IMG/VR virus record: IMGVR_UViG_3300048796_000126 | Location: 1 to 28,499 of that record | DNA from: a virus | Lineage: Duplodnaviria; Caudoviricetes | Length of the DNA: 28,499 bases | Reading direction: 5' to 3' (one strand) | Shown here: positions 1 to 9,785 of the stretch, in pieces | Layout of the letters: each line of letters starts with the position of its first letter | Position numbering within the stretch: the first letter of the stretch is position 1 | Program-made: the position numbers and the translations under genes | Notes under the pieces: model-generated | What the model saw: the letters and a program-made list of their open reading frames with translations, nothing else | What the model was told of the DNA's origin: nothing | Database searches by the model: none

Positions 1-141
1 AGTTGGTTATATTATAATGTAAAATGTTACAACTGGAGAATTCATTCTAAAACACAAATGCATAAAAGTAAAAATCATATGCAACATATTGCAGAAATTA
101 ATCAATACTATAATAAAGAATTAGCTAAGGGAAAATCATGA
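1..141 (+). CDS. 3' end of a gene entering the window (possibly a glycosyltransferase C-terminus)
   Basis: Frame 1 is open from base 1 to TGA at 139-141, overlapping the next ATG (ATGA). The YNWRIH stretch loosely resembles GT2 C-terminal motifs. Confidence 0.4.
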   Translation, partial: SWLYYNVKCYNWRIHSKTQMHKSKNHMQHIAEINQYYNKELAKGKS

Positions 142-530
142 CTGAAACCATTACATTATTTGGACACATTTTTAATTTATATGCCATTATTATTTTTATA
201 ATGGGGATAGGATTTCTTTTTGCATTGTATCGCGCTCATAAAGCTAATAATATTAATTGGTTAGATGCAGTTACTGCTATTGATCAAACTTCAGGTGCAA
301 GGGAATTATCTATAGCAAAAATAATTCAAATTGTGGGTGGAGTTACGGCAACCTTTATAGTGATTAAATTATCTTTGCAAAATACTATAACTCCAGAGAT
401 ATTTTTAATGTACTTAGCATATACTGCTGCTATTGATGGATTTACTAAATTTATGTTAGCTAAGTATGGGGTGGTAACTCCACCTACTCCGCCAGTTGCC
501 CCAGTGGCACCTACAACACCAAATCCTTGA
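138..530 (+). CDS. Small membrane protein, about 3 TM segments and a Pro-rich tail (holin-like candidate)
   Basis: Three hydrophobic stretches; AAGGG SD; C-terminal PPTPPVAPVAPTTPNP. Confidence 0.6.
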   Translation: MTETITLFGHIFNLYAIIIFIMGIGFLFALYRAHKANNINWLDAVTAIDQTSGARELSIAKIIQIVGGVTATFIVIKLSLQNTITPEIFLMYLAYTAAIDGFTKFMLAKYGVVTPPTPPVAPVAPTTPNP

Positions 531-554
531 CATTTCTAAAAAGGTTGATATACT
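527..554 (+). promoter_or_regulatory. Sigma70-like promoter
   Basis: TTGACA 527-532, 16 nt spacer, TATACT 549-554. Followed by a tandem 13-nt repeat AAACCTTTTATAG (565-577, 578-590). Confidence 0.7.
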
Positions 555-600
555 ATAGTTATACAAACCTTTTATAGAAACCTTTTATAGAAAGAATAAA

Positions 601-831
601 ATGTATATTACTCAAGACACAAATAAAAACGGTTTTGATATTGATATGTCAATAGATGAAGCACTTTTGATTATTCAGAAACTTGCTTCTGCTATAGCTC
701 ATGCAACTAAGTATGATTCATATGACTGCTTTACTAATGCGGCAATTGGGAGAACAATTTCAATCAATCAGCTTAATATAATTGAACATGAAAAGGTATA
801 CCCTACTCAAATTTCATTTAATGTAATTTAA
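601..831 (+). CDS. Hypothetical protein
   Basis: ORF directly downstream of a promoter, in an operon-like arrangement. Confidence 0.6.
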   Translation: MYITQDTNKNGFDIDMSIDEALLIIQKLASAIAHATKYDSYDCFTNAAIGRTISINQLNIIEHEKVYPTQISFNVI

Positions 832-838
832 TTAAATC

Positions 839-1039
839 ATGTCAATCACCAAGAAATCAATTGAAGATGCATTTAAGATATGTAAGAGTTTGGATGAAAT
901 GGAAACTACATATCAAAGTTTAATGAAAATTCAAGACGATTTATATAATGCTGGTAAAATAACAGCAAGAAAATTAATCACTGTTGATGGTTGGACTTGT
1001 TATGCATATTCAAAAAGAGAAGAAATTTTTAATCTCTAA
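839..1039 (+). CDS. Hypothetical protein
   Basis: ORF tightly packed after the previous gene. Confidence 0.6.
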   Translation: MSITKKSIEDAFKICKSLDEMETTYQSLMKIQDDLYNAGKITARKLITVDGWTCYAYSKREEIFNL

Positions 1040-1049
1040 ATAAAATTCG

Positions 1050-1077
1050 TTGACATTTTTAAAAATTATGATATAAT
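1050..1077 (+). promoter_or_regulatory. Sigma70-like promoter
   Basis: TTGACA 1050-1055, 16 nt spacer, TG at 1069-1070, TATAAT 1072-1077. Architecture similar to the 527 promoter. Confidence 0.8.
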
Positions 1078-1109
1078 GGTTTTACACAAACTATTTTAGA
1101 AAGTCTATC

Positions 1110-2678
1110 ATGTTGAAAGCAAAATTTAATGCTGAAGAATGGTCTTACTTATCTCCTCAACAAGCAACTGCAATTCAATGGGTTTTAGAAGGTACGGGTT
1201 CTTTGGAATTGATGGCCCGCGCTGGCTGTGGGAAGACCTTTTTTTTGATGGAAGCTATCAAAGCTATTGTAAAAGCCAATTATGGTAATATGGCTCTCAT
1301 GGCTTATAACTCCAAAATTGCAGGTGAGCTTAAAGACAAAATTGCAAAAGCTGGCTATGATTGGAAAATCGCTCAAGCTGGTACATGTCATTCATTTGGA
1401 CTTAGTGTATGGAAACAAGTCGCTGGTAAAGACATTCCCATTGATGCTAATAAATTACATAATATTATCGACAATCTTATAAAGAATGGTGATGAAATCA
1501 TTGGAGATTATGCAGAAGTTGTAGCTAAATTATGCTCTCTTGGAAAACAACGTGCTATAGGTCATCTTTGCAGTATTGACGATGATCAAGAATGGTATAG
1601 TATCTGGGAACATTTTAATTTGGAAAATGATGTATCAGAAGATACTGATCCCTCTACTATTATTTCTCTAGCTAAAAAGTTATATCGTATTTCTTTGGAT
1701 CAATGTAAACAAGTAATTGATTTTGATGATATGATTCTTGCCCCATTGTATTTCCGTGCTCGTTTTTGGCCGAAAGATTGGGTTATGCTTGATGAATCTC
1801 AAGATACTAATCCTGCACGTAGGGCATTGGCTTTAGCAATGTTGAAACCAAAAACAGGTCGTATGATTTTTGTTGGTGATATTAAACAAGCCATTTATGG
1901 CTTTACTGGTGCAGATTCCGATTCAATGGAACAGTTGAAAAAAGCAACTAATGCTATTACATTACCTTTGAATGAAACACGCCGTTGCCCTAAGAATGTA
2001 GTTAAAGAAGCGCAAAAGTATGTACCAGATATCACTGCTTATTCAGAAAATATTGGTGGTGAAGTTCGTACATTGGATGTCAACTTTATTCAATATGAAA
2101 AATTAGGTAAAGATGATGCAATTCTGTGCCGTAATACTGCTCCATTAATTACTATGGCATATACATTAATTTCAAATGGTATTGCATGTAAAGTGGAAGG
2201 TCGGGAAATTGGTACTAATTTAATCAAACTTGCAACCCGTTGGAAAATTAAAACTCTTGATGCTTTGATTAATAAATTGGATGATTTTCAAGCACGTCAA
2301 ACTGCTAAATTCATGAGTAAAAATCAGGAAGAAAAAGTAGAAGGCTTGGTTGATCAAATTGATTGTTTGCGTGTTGTTATCAATAAATGTTTGTTGGCTA
2401 AAAAATATACTATTGCAGATTTGATTGCCGATGTTGAAAATATGTTTGGTAATACTCCAGAAGGTGAACAGCCAAAAGTATTAACTTTGTCTACTGTTCA
2501 TCGTAGTAAAGGTCGTGAATGGTTACGTGTTTATATTTTGGATATGGATAAATATATGCCAAGTCCGTATGCCAAGAAACAATGGCAACAGGAACAAGAA
2601 GTTAATTTGATCTATGTGGCTATTACTCGTGCAATGAGAGAATTGATTTATGTTTATACTCCAGAAGTGAAAGGGTAA
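1110..2678 (+). CDS. Superfamily 1 (UvrD/Rep-like) DNA helicase
   Basis: Walker A ARAGCGKT, Walker B MLDESQD, motif III VGDIKQAIYGF, motif V STVHRSKGREW, motif VI YVAITRA. Confidence 0.93.
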   Translation: MLKAKFNAEEWSYLSPQQATAIQWVLEGTGSLELMARAGCGKTFFLMEAIKAIVKANYGNMALMAYNSKIAGELKDKIAKAGYDWKIAQAGTCHSFGLSVWKQVAGKDIPIDANKLHNIIDNLIKNGDEIIGDYAEVVAKLCSLGKQRAIGHLCSIDDDQEWYSIWEHFNLENDVSEDTDPSTIISLAKKLYRISLDQCKQVIDFDDMILAPLYFRARFWPKDWVMLDESQDTNPARRALALAMLKPKTGRMIFVGDIKQAIYGFTGADSDSMEQLKKATNAITLPLNETRRCPKNVVKEAQKYVPDITAYSENIGGEVRTLDVNFIQYEKLGKDDAILCRNTAPLITMAYTLISNGIACKVEGREIGTNLIKLATRWKIKTLDALINKLDDFQARQTAKFMSKNQEEKVEGLVDQIDCLRVVINKCLLAKKYTIADLIADVENMFGNTPEGEQPKVLTLSTVHRSKGREWLRVYILDMDKYMPSPYAKKQWQQEQEVNLIYVAITRAMRELIYVYTPEVKG

Positions 2679-2682
2679 TATC

Positions 2683-2970
2683 ATGTTTGCATTTCCGCCA
2701 GAATTTGTACCAATTAAATATCCCGGATATTTTTGGAATGTGAAAACTAAAAAATTATATTCCATTAAGGGAACTGGAGTATTAAAACCACTTAAAGCAA
2801 GAATGAAACCAGTGACAATTCGTCCAAGTAGTTGTTATTCTTTTATAATCCCACCCGGATATACAGTGTCAGTCAATGGTAATAATTACCACTTAACATT
2901 TGAGGAACTTGAAAAAATGAATGTAATACCCTTGCTTAAATCTGTACAGATGTGTATGGTGTTTGAATGA
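2683..2970 (+). CDS. Hypothetical phage protein
   Basis: Packed ORF with AAGGG SD and ATGA overlap with the next gene. Confidence 0.7.
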   Translation: MFAFPPEFVPIKYPGYFWNVKTKKLYSIKGTGVLKPLKARMKPVTIRPSSCYSFIIPPGYTVSVNGNNYHLTFEELEKMNVIPLLKSVQMCMVFE

Positions 2971-3332
2971 CTATACTTCTTCTAATCACTCTTCTTTTCA
3001 TCAAACATTTCATTGTTGATTTTCCACTTCAGAAAGAATATCAATGGAAAAACAAAGGTACATATGGACATTTTGGTGGTATTCTACATGCTGGAACCCA
3101 TGGTATTTTTACACTTTTAATTTTGCTATATTTTACATCTGATACTACATTACTTTGGTTGGCATATGTAGATTTCTGGTTGCACTATCATATTGATTGG
3201 GCAAAAATGAATCTCAATAAAAAGCTAGGATATACACCAACCAATAGTGAAGGATTTTGGATTTTACTAGGTGTAGATCAATTACTTCATGCTTTAACCT
3301 ACATTTTAATTACAGGAGTTGTTTTGTTATGA
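2967..3332 (+). CDS. DUF3307-like His-rich membrane protein
   Basis: KHFIVDFPLQ, LHAGTHG, HYHIDW and GVDQLLH motifs with TM segments. Confidence 0.8.
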   Translation: MTILLLITLLFIKHFIVDFPLQKEYQWKNKGTYGHFGGILHAGTHGIFTLLILLYFTSDTTLLWLAYVDFWLHYHIDWAKMNLNKKLGYTPTNSEGFWILLGVDQLLHALTYILITGVVLL

Positions 3333-3763
3333 TTGGTACTTATGTTGCAGTAAAAGTTCTAAAACCTTGTTCGTCTTATTTATATAAATTCTGCCAAGAT
3401 AAAGGCATTCCTACTGATCAACATATGTTTGAACATGACTTACATACTACTTTAATTTACAGTAGAAAACCATGTCCAGATATTATCACTATGCCAAATT
3501 TAGTACATGAAGCATACTTCAATGGATTTGATATGTTTTCTAATAGTCATGGTGAGAAATGTGTTCTGGTAATGAAATTGAATGCTCCTACATTGGTACA
3601 GAGACATTTACTTTTGATGGAACAGCATCAAGCTACTTATGATTTCGAATCATATGTACCGCATATCACATTAAGTTATGATTTCATGGGAGATATTTCG
3701 ACCTTACTTCCTTACACTAAAGAAATTTTATTGAGTAATGAATGGATTGAAGAATTAGAGTAG
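3329..3763 (+). CDS. acb1: Anti-CBASS Acb1-type 2H phosphodiesterase (T4 gp57B-like)
   Basis: Two HxT motifs, LHTTLIYSR and ATYDFESYVPHITLSY, plus N-terminal GTYVAVK; colinear with T4 57B as I recall it. Start moved to the ATGA overlap at 3329. Confidence 0.85.
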   Translation: MIGTYVAVKVLKPCSSYLYKFCQDKGIPTDQHMFEHDLHTTLIYSRKPCPDIITMPNLVHEAYFNGFDMFSNSHGEKCVLVMKLNAPTLVQRHLLLMEQHQATYDFESYVPHITLSYDFMGDISTLLPYTKEILLSNEWIEELE

Positions 3764-3946
3764 TTTATATTTGTAACATTTTATGGTATAATATTACATT
3801 ATCAACCAACCATGTTTTACCTATGAACTACTCAGACACATTAAATAATTTTATGTCTGCTGTTAATTTCTCCGATGTTAAAATCATAAAACTAAGAATT
3901 AAAGATAAAAGAGTCACAAAAATAACGCATTTAAAAAGGAAAACCA

Positions 3947-4294
3947 ATGAAACACTTCAAAAATGATGCTAAACACGATGAAATTATTGAACACTTAGCA
4001 ACAGTTATTGATCCTATTGGTGAAGTAATATCAGATAAAAGCGAATCGGATATGTATGGTCTGTTGGTATTGGGTTGTAAACTCACTAAAGATAAAAGTA
4101 AAGAGGGTGGTCATATTGAATCCTTCATTGAGGTATCTGGGTTGTATGAAGCCATTGTAGAAGGATTATTGGCAGAAATATCTGTTCAATGTGAAAATCA
4201 GGAATACACTTTATATTCTATTTTGTGTGAAGTGGTTGACACACTGAGAAAGGATTTAAAAATGAATCCGACTCAGGGTAATTTATTACATTAA
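3947..4294 (+). CDS. Hypothetical protein
   Basis: AAGGA SD; packed ORF. Confidence 0.7.
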   Translation: MKHFKNDAKHDEIIEHLATVIDPIGEVISDKSESDMYGLLVLGCKLTKDKSKEGGHIESFIEVSGLYEAIVEGLLAEISVQCENQEYTLYSILCEVVDTLRKDLKMNPTQGNLLH

Positions 4295-4295
4295 T

Positions 4296-4742
4296 ATGCC
4301 TTCACAATCATATTTAGATAAATTTTATATTGATATTACTGATAGAATTGCTCAACGTTCTCATGCTGTGAGAGCTAAAGTTGGTTCTGTCTTAGTAAAG
4401 GATGACAACATTATTTCTTATGGATATAATGGAACTCCTAAAGGATATCATACCAATGTATGTGAAATTACTAATGAAGATGGAAGTTTAATTACTTCTC
4501 CTTCAGTAATCCATGCAGAGGCTAATTGTTTAGTTACTTTGGCTAGAACCGGGAATGGTTCTAGTCTTGGTTCTACTATGTATGTAACTTATTCTCCATG
4601 TATGGAATGTGCTAAACTCATTACTCAAAGTGGTATTGCTAAGGTGGTTTATAAAAAAGTATATAGAGAAAATTGCACTGATGGAATAGTTTTTTTATTG
4701 GATAATGATATTATTGTTGAAAAATTTGAGGAGATAGAATGA
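4296..4742 (+). CDS. dCMP deaminase
   Basis: KVGSVLV, GYNGTP, HAEAN and SPCMEC zinc motifs. Confidence 0.92.
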   Translation: MPSQSYLDKFYIDITDRIAQRSHAVRAKVGSVLVKDDNIISYGYNGTPKGYHTNVCEITNEDGSLITSPSVIHAEANCLVTLARTGNGSSLGSTMYVTYSPCMECAKLITQSGIAKVVYKKVYRENCTDGIVFLLDNDIIVEKFEEIE

Positions 4743-4993
4743 CTTATTTAAATGATGCTAGTAACAATTTAACAATCGACCACTTACAATCTAAAATTTT
4801 AATTGGCTCTAGGATTAAACGGGAAAGTTTTGATCCAGAAAATAAAGATCATTTAAAAAGTTACTTAAAATATATTAATTCTGGGAATTGGGGAGAAGTA
4901 CACTTCTTTTCAGAAGCTCCATTTGTAACTGTTCCTGCAACAGTCAATCATCGTTATGCATTACATACACTGAAAGAAAAGTTGATTAAGTGA
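4739..4993 (+). CDS. Hypothetical protein
   Basis: ATGA/GTGA overlaps on both sides; GAGG SD. Confidence 0.7.
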   Translation: MTYLNDASNNLTIDHLQSKILIGSRIKRESFDPENKDHLKSYLKYINSGNWGEVHFFSEAPFVTVPATVNHRYALHTLKEKLIK

Positions 4994-5508
4994 AATCTGT
5001 TTTAAATGATAGAATTCTTTGGTATGATGGAACTAATCAGGTTATTCCTGAATTGGTTCCTGATTTATTGATGCAAGGAATCCCACCAAATCAAATATTT
5101 GTCACAGAAGAAAATGAAGATATTAAACAATTCAATTTGTTATGTGATGAACAAATATTATCAAATAAACAAGATAATAATTTCCCGGAAAGAGAATGGC
5201 AAATACCAGAAGAATATTTAAATTTAGACATTGATACTTATATAGATCAATTACTGAAGGTACAATTTCCTGATAATATGTTTTATCAAGAAAGAATAAA
5301 TTCTGAGATGGAACAAATACATTCTAGAAAATTAGAAAGTCTAATAAAAACATTGATATACATTGTAGATACATTTAAAAAAAGCAATCAAGTATTTGGA
5401 GTAGGTAGGGGATCATCCTGTGCTTCTTTGGTATTATTTTTAATAGGAATACATAAAGTAGACCCGGTAAAATATAATATATCTATGTACGAATTCTTCC
5501 ACAATTAG
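4990..5508 (+). CDS. DnaE (Pol III alpha)-like polymerase, N-terminal piece
   Basis: YQERINSE...GVGRGSSCASLVLFLIGIHKVDPVKY...EFF corresponds to DnaE GPGRGSxAGSLVAYxLGITxxDP...FERFL. Confidence 0.85.
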   Translation: MKSVLNDRILWYDGTNQVIPELVPDLLMQGIPPNQIFVTEENEDIKQFNLLCDEQILSNKQDNNFPEREWQIPEEYLNLDIDTYIDQLLKVQFPDNMFYQERINSEMEQIHSRKLESLIKTLIYIVDTFKKSNQVFGVGRGSSCASLVLFLIGIHKVDPVKYNISMYEFFHN

Positions 5509-5526
5509 CACTTTCAATCAAAAACA

Positions 5527-5534
5527 TATAAATA
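5527..5534 (+). promoter_or_regulatory. T4-type late promoter box TATAAATA
   Basis: Exact TATAAATA in the intergenic gap upstream of 5576. Confidence 0.5.
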
Positions 5535-5575
5535 AATGGCATCACTATATTTATCACATCTCAAATGGAGTAAAC

Positions 5576-5842
5576 ATGTCAAGAAAAGCTAGATCAGCAA
5601 AAGGTAAAATGGTTGACTTTGATTTATTAAAAATAAAACAACAGTTATCTACTACCCCAGTCACCGTTGATGTAAGTAATCGTAGAAAATTCATTGATAC
5701 AAAAGACGGTATTAAACGTACTGAAAATTATATTGTATCACCTACCCCCGTAATACCACAAAATGATGACATGGCAGATATGCTTGCGGTTGGTAAAGAA
5801 GCTGCCGAAGTTACTGCTAATGCCCACAAGGTCAAAAAATGA
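5576..5842 (+). CDS. Hypothetical protein upstream of the GroES-like gene
   Basis: GGAG SD; N-terminus RSAKGKMVDFDLL. Confidence 0.75.
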   Translation: MSRKARSAKGKMVDFDLLKIKQQLSTTPVTVDVSNRRKFIDTKDGIKRTENYIVSPTPVIPQNDDMADMLAVGKEAAEVTANAHKVKK

Positions 5843-6177
5843 GTAAATTAGTTCCTCTAGGGAATACATTTTTGTTTCAATTTTTATCAGAAACAAAAAA
5901 TGGGTTATTCACTCAAAAAAATAAAGGATTGATCTACATTCCAAATGCCGCACCTGAGATTGATAATCAAGGTATATTATGCAGGTATGGTAAAATTACT
6001 GCCATTGGCGAAGATGTCAAAGAATTTGGTATTGGGGATGTAGTTTTAATTGGTGCTGGTAGATGGACAGTTGGTTTTGTCATAAATAAGAAGACTTATT
6101 GGAAATCAGATGAAGACAATGTATTGGCTGTTCATACATGTCCAGATTCCGATACTTCATTAGGATATGATTATTGA
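5839..6177 (+). CDS. GroES-like co-chaperonin
   Basis: N-terminal LVPLGN, mobile-loop-like KGLIYIP, and GKITAIG...GDVVL. Confidence 0.75.
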   Translation: MSKLVPLGNTFLFQFLSETKNGLFTQKNKGLIYIPNAAPEIDNQGILCRYGKITAIGEDVKEFGIGDVVLIGAGRWTVGFVINKKTYWKSDEDNVLAVHTCPDSDTSLGYDY

Positions 6178-6193
6178 ATTTAGGAGATTTTTA

Positions 6194-7270
6194 ATGTTTT
6201 TTGCATTACTTGTTTTTATTGCTGCATTTTTATTAGAAGGAATCGGTACATATATTTCAACAGTCGGACTTAGTTTAATTTTTGCTAGTTCTCCAATTAT
6301 TATTGCATTGGCAGTAGTATTAGATTTTGCTAAAGTGATCACTGTCAGTTTTTTATATAAGTATTTTGATAAAGTAAATTTAGTCATGAAATCATACATG
6401 ACAATAGCTGCAATGGTGTTAATGATTATTACATCAGCAGGTGCATTTGGATTTATGAGTGCTGCCTTTCAACAAAGTATATCTGGCACAAATCAAGATT
6501 CTGTATTGCTTCAATCTATGACAGATGAGCAAGTTAAATTACAATCGCGTAAAGAAGAAATAGATAAACAAATTGCTAATTTACCAAGTAATACGGTGAG
6601 GGGCAGAGCTACATTGATGAAGCAATTTGCTCCAGAAGTAGATAAAATCAATTCAAGATTATTAGAAATAGATAAGCAATTACCGGAATTGAAAGTCTCT
6701 TCTATCAAGAAAAATGTAGAAGTGGGTCCAATCATTTACATTGCTCAAGCCTTTAATACTGATCCAGAACATGCGGTGAAGTATGTAATTTTAATCATTA
6801 TCTTTGTGTTTGATCCATTAGCTATTGCATTGTTAATAGCTGGCAATTTTTTATTGGCATTGAAAAAAGATGAACCAATTCCAGTAGAACCATTACTTCC
6901 TGTTGAAAAAGTAATTAAATCACCAATAGATAAAATTCCAGAGGCTGAACAAGAAATAAAAGTTGATAAAAATTTAGATATAAATTTACCAGAAATAACA
7001 TATTATGATACACCAGATGATAAAGTACCTTTTCATATGCCAGAAATTCAACCAGAATATGTTGATCCACATCAGGAACTAAAATCTTTGGATAGAGACT
7101 CACTACATCAATCACTTGGTAGAGAACGATTTAAAGAATTGGTAAAAGTAGATGATATTACTTTAGAACAACTTCAACCAACTAAATCTTCTTTGGATAC
7201 TTTGCAACCATATAAAGAACCATTTTTCAATAGAGAACAAGGTGGAATGATTCGTTATCCGAAAGTATAA
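6194..7270 (+). CDS. Multi-TM membrane protein with a coiled-coil and an acidic/Pro-rich tail
   Basis: Three N-terminal TM segments, a coiled-coil, and a further TM (IIIFVFDPLAIALL). Start at 6194 supported by AGGAG SD; 6167 is an alternative. Confidence 0.8.
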   Translation: MFFALLVFIAAFLLEGIGTYISTVGLSLIFASSPIIIALAVVLDFAKVITVSFLYKYFDKVNLVMKSYMTIAAMVLMIITSAGAFGFMSAAFQQSISGTNQDSVLLQSMTDEQVKLQSRKEEIDKQIANLPSNTVRGRATLMKQFAPEVDKINSRLLEIDKQLPELKVSSIKKNVEVGPIIYIAQAFNTDPEHAVKYVILIIIFVFDPLAIALLIAGNFLLALKKDEPIPVEPLLPVEKVIKSPIDKIPEAEQEIKVDKNLDINLPEITYYDTPDDKVPFHMPEIQPEYVDPHQELKSLDRDSLHQSLGRERFKELVKVDDITLEQLQPTKSSLDTLQPYKEPFFNREQGGMIRYPKV

Positions 7271-7328
7271 GATTACTTTCCTAATTTTGTAGTATATAAT
7301 TTTATTTATTTATTTAACAGGAATCACT

Positions 7329-8231
7329 ATGAATTCTAATTGGGAATTACTTTACCGTCCAAAAACTCTTGATGATGTTATCTTTCAAGATGAAAATCAA
7401 TCCGCAAAATTTAAATCATTTATCACGAATGATCATTTACCAAATATTCTGTTATCCGGTATAAGAGGAACAGGTAAAACTTCTATTATCAAGGCACTAG
7501 TAAAAGGATTTAATATAAGTCATGGCGATTATATGTCTCTTAATTGTTCTGATAAAAATATTGATACACTAAGAAATGAAGCAAATGATTTCTCCATGAC
7601 AATGCCTATGGGTAAATTCAAAGTGTTGGTATTAGAAGAATTTAATCGATTGTCTAAAGGAGCACAGGATTTACTTAAAAAGCAAATGGATGATACCGGT
7701 TTGAGTTGTAAATGGTTAGCTACGTGTAATAATGAAAGCTTACTTACTCCAGAAATTAAAGATAGATTTCAAATTTTTAACTTTAAAGCTCCAGATAAAG
7801 AACAAGTTGCAGTAAGAATGGTACATATTTTAGATACTGAAAAAATAAATTTTGATATAGAACATTTGCTAACTTATATTGATATTGGTTATCCAAGTAT
7901 TCGAAAAATAATTCAATTATTAGAAGCAAATTCTATTAATGGAGTATTACAAAATCCAAAAAATGCTACTCAAATCCAAGATTGGAAAGCTGACTTACTA
8001 CCATTATTATCTAAGAGTGATTGGAGAGGTGCTAGGTATTTAATATGTTCCGCCGCATCCAAAGAAGACTATGAAGAAGTATATACATTCTTATATCAAA
8101 ATATTGATAAGGTAACAGAAAATCAAGATGAAGCTATTTTGATTATTAGTGAATATTTAAATAATCATGGTAATGTAGTTGATCCAGAAATCAATATGGC
8201 AGCAATGTTTATTTCACTAAGTAAATTATGA
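7329..8231 (+). CDS. Clamp loader AAA+ subunit (RFC-small/gp44-like)
   Basis: WELLYRPKTLDDV, Walker A GIRGTGKT, LNCSD, KVLVLEE, ATCN. Confidence 0.9.
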   Translation: MNSNWELLYRPKTLDDVIFQDENQSAKFKSFITNDHLPNILLSGIRGTGKTSIIKALVKGFNISHGDYMSLNCSDKNIDTLRNEANDFSMTMPMGKFKVLVLEEFNRLSKGAQDLLKKQMDDTGLSCKWLATCNNESLLTPEIKDRFQIFNFKAPDKEQVAVRMVHILDTEKINFDIEHLLTYIDIGYPSIRKIIQLLEANSINGVLQNPKNATQIQDWKADLLPLLSKSDWRGARYLICSAASKEDYEEVYTFLYQNIDKVTENQDEAILIISEYLNNHGNVVDPEINMAAMFISLSKL

Positions 8232-8683
8232 AAGAACGTAAATTAAATATTTTTACATTACTATCAAAAATAGATAGTAGTAAAGATGATATTTATTTAA
8301 CGTTATCAGATGAAGAGAAAAAGGAATTTTTTCCATTAGTGGTAATGCGCTGGATGACAGGAACAAATGACGAAAGACAAATTATGATGTTAAATGAATT
8401 TGTTAATCCATACATATATTCTTTATCAAAGCATCCTCATTTATTAATGAAATTATTACAAATCTGTTCATCTAAAACTAAGAAGAAATATAATTGGATA
8501 GGTCTTAAAAAAGAAGTATCAAATAAACTTTACTTAAAAGTTGTGACAGAGTATTATGATATTACTGAGAGGGAAGTGTTAATATTGAATCCTCCTATCT
8601 CAAAAGAAAAAGTATTATCTCATGCAGAGTCATTGGGTTGGGATAAACCGGAGATGGCAGCACTTAAAAAGGAGTTGGGATAA
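8228..8683 (+). CDS. Probable clamp loader small subunit (gp62-like)
   Basis: Overlaps the stop of the AAA+ subunit; motifs FFPLVVMRW and NEFVN...HP; size fits. Confidence 0.65.
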   Translation: MKERKLNIFTLLSKIDSSKDDIYLTLSDEEKKEFFPLVVMRWMTGTNDERQIMMLNEFVNPYIYSLSKHPHLLMKLLQICSSKTKKKYNWIGLKKEVSNKLYLKVVTEYYDITEREVLILNPPISKEKVLSHAESLGWDKPEMAALKKELG

Positions 8684-9015
8684 TGGGACTAGGATTATTT
8701 TCAGGAAGTCATAAAGTAATATCATATTCTCCTACTATGATTTATAGTACAGTAAATCCTGATCCAAAGAATTTCACTATTTTAGAAGAACGATTTCATA
8801 ATGGGTACTTGATATTACTTGTTAAATATCCTGACTGTACCAATTATGAAGGAAAGAAACTGATGATTTATACTGGATTTAATAATAGCAAAGAACTACT
8901 TGAATATAACAAAGGAAATCTTGATCCACATTTTTCAAAAGATAAAGGTGCTCCTATCATACGCTTTAAACCAGATGAAAATTCAATGGAGTTAATAGAA
9001 AAACTAATAATTTAA
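8683..9015 (+). CDS. Hypothetical phage protein
   Basis: Packed ORF; motifs VKYPDCTNYEGKK and LDPHF. Confidence 0.75.
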   Translation: MGLGLFSGSHKVISYSPTMIYSTVNPDPKNFTILEERFHNGYLILLVKYPDCTNYEGKKLMIYTGFNNSKELLEYNKGNLDPHFSKDKGAPIIRFKPDENSMELIEKLII

Positions 9016-9017
9016 AG

Positions 9018-9785
9018 ATGAAAACTAAACCAACTCAGCTAAAAATTCTAAATGATGAAGAAATAGAATTACGTAGAATTCCACTAGAAGATGCTGAAAT
9101 TACTTTATCTAAAAAAAGTAATTGGATTTGTACATATTGTGAAAAGAGATATCAAACAGAATATGCTTTCATGCGTCATAATTGTGAAATTAAAAAACGT
9201 CATGATGAAATGAATTCTCCTATTGGTGAATCTGCTTATAGCTATTATACAATCTGGATGAAATTAAAGAAGTTTTCCACTCCTCCAAAAACAGCTTTTA
9301 TAGAATCTAAATATTATCGTTCATTTATTAAATTTTCTAAATTAGTAATTTCTGCCAATATTGGTAGACCAGAAACATACATTCAGCTTATGATTAATGC
9401 ACAACTTCTTCCCTCTTTATGGGATTGTGCAGGTGCATATACGTTATATACTCAATACATTGATAATTTACAAGACCCGATTATGCAAGTAGCAGATTCA
9501 ATTTCTTGTTTGATGGATATTTGCGAAAAAGAAAATGTACAATTGAATGACATTTTTAATTATATTGGTGCTAATAAAACTATTAATTTAGTTCATCAAA
9601 GAAGATTAAGTCCATGGTTTTTATTTTGTAGTCCGAAGTTCGGAGAAATGTTACACAGTTTGGATCAAGGACAATTGAAAGCTTTTAATAATGTGGTGAA
9701 TTCTGCTTATTGGGGTCCTAAGTTTCAAGACAATAAACATTTGGTAGATCAAATTAAAGAACTAATAAAAGAAGTCGGATTATAA
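9018..9785 (+). CDS. Zinc-finger (CxxC...HxC) protein of unknown function
   Basis: WICTYCEKRYQTEYAFMRHNCE. Confidence 0.75.
   Translation: MKTKPTQLKILNDEEIELRRIPLEDAEITLSKKSNWICTYCEKRYQTEYAFMRHNCEIKKRHDEMNSPIGESAYSYYTIWMKLKKFSTPPKTAFIESKYYRSFIKFSKLVISANIGRPETYIQLMINAQLLPSLWDCAGAYTLYTQYIDNLQDPIMQVADSISCLMDICEKENVQLNDIFNYIGANKTINLVHQRRLSPWFLFCSPKFGEMLHSLDQGQLKAFNNVVNSAYWGPKFQDNKHLVDQIKELIKEVGL

Noticed and set aside
3823-3966. 47-codon ORF downstream of TATAAT 3787-3792
   Set aside because: No SD and it overlaps the next gene by 20 nt; too little support to call.
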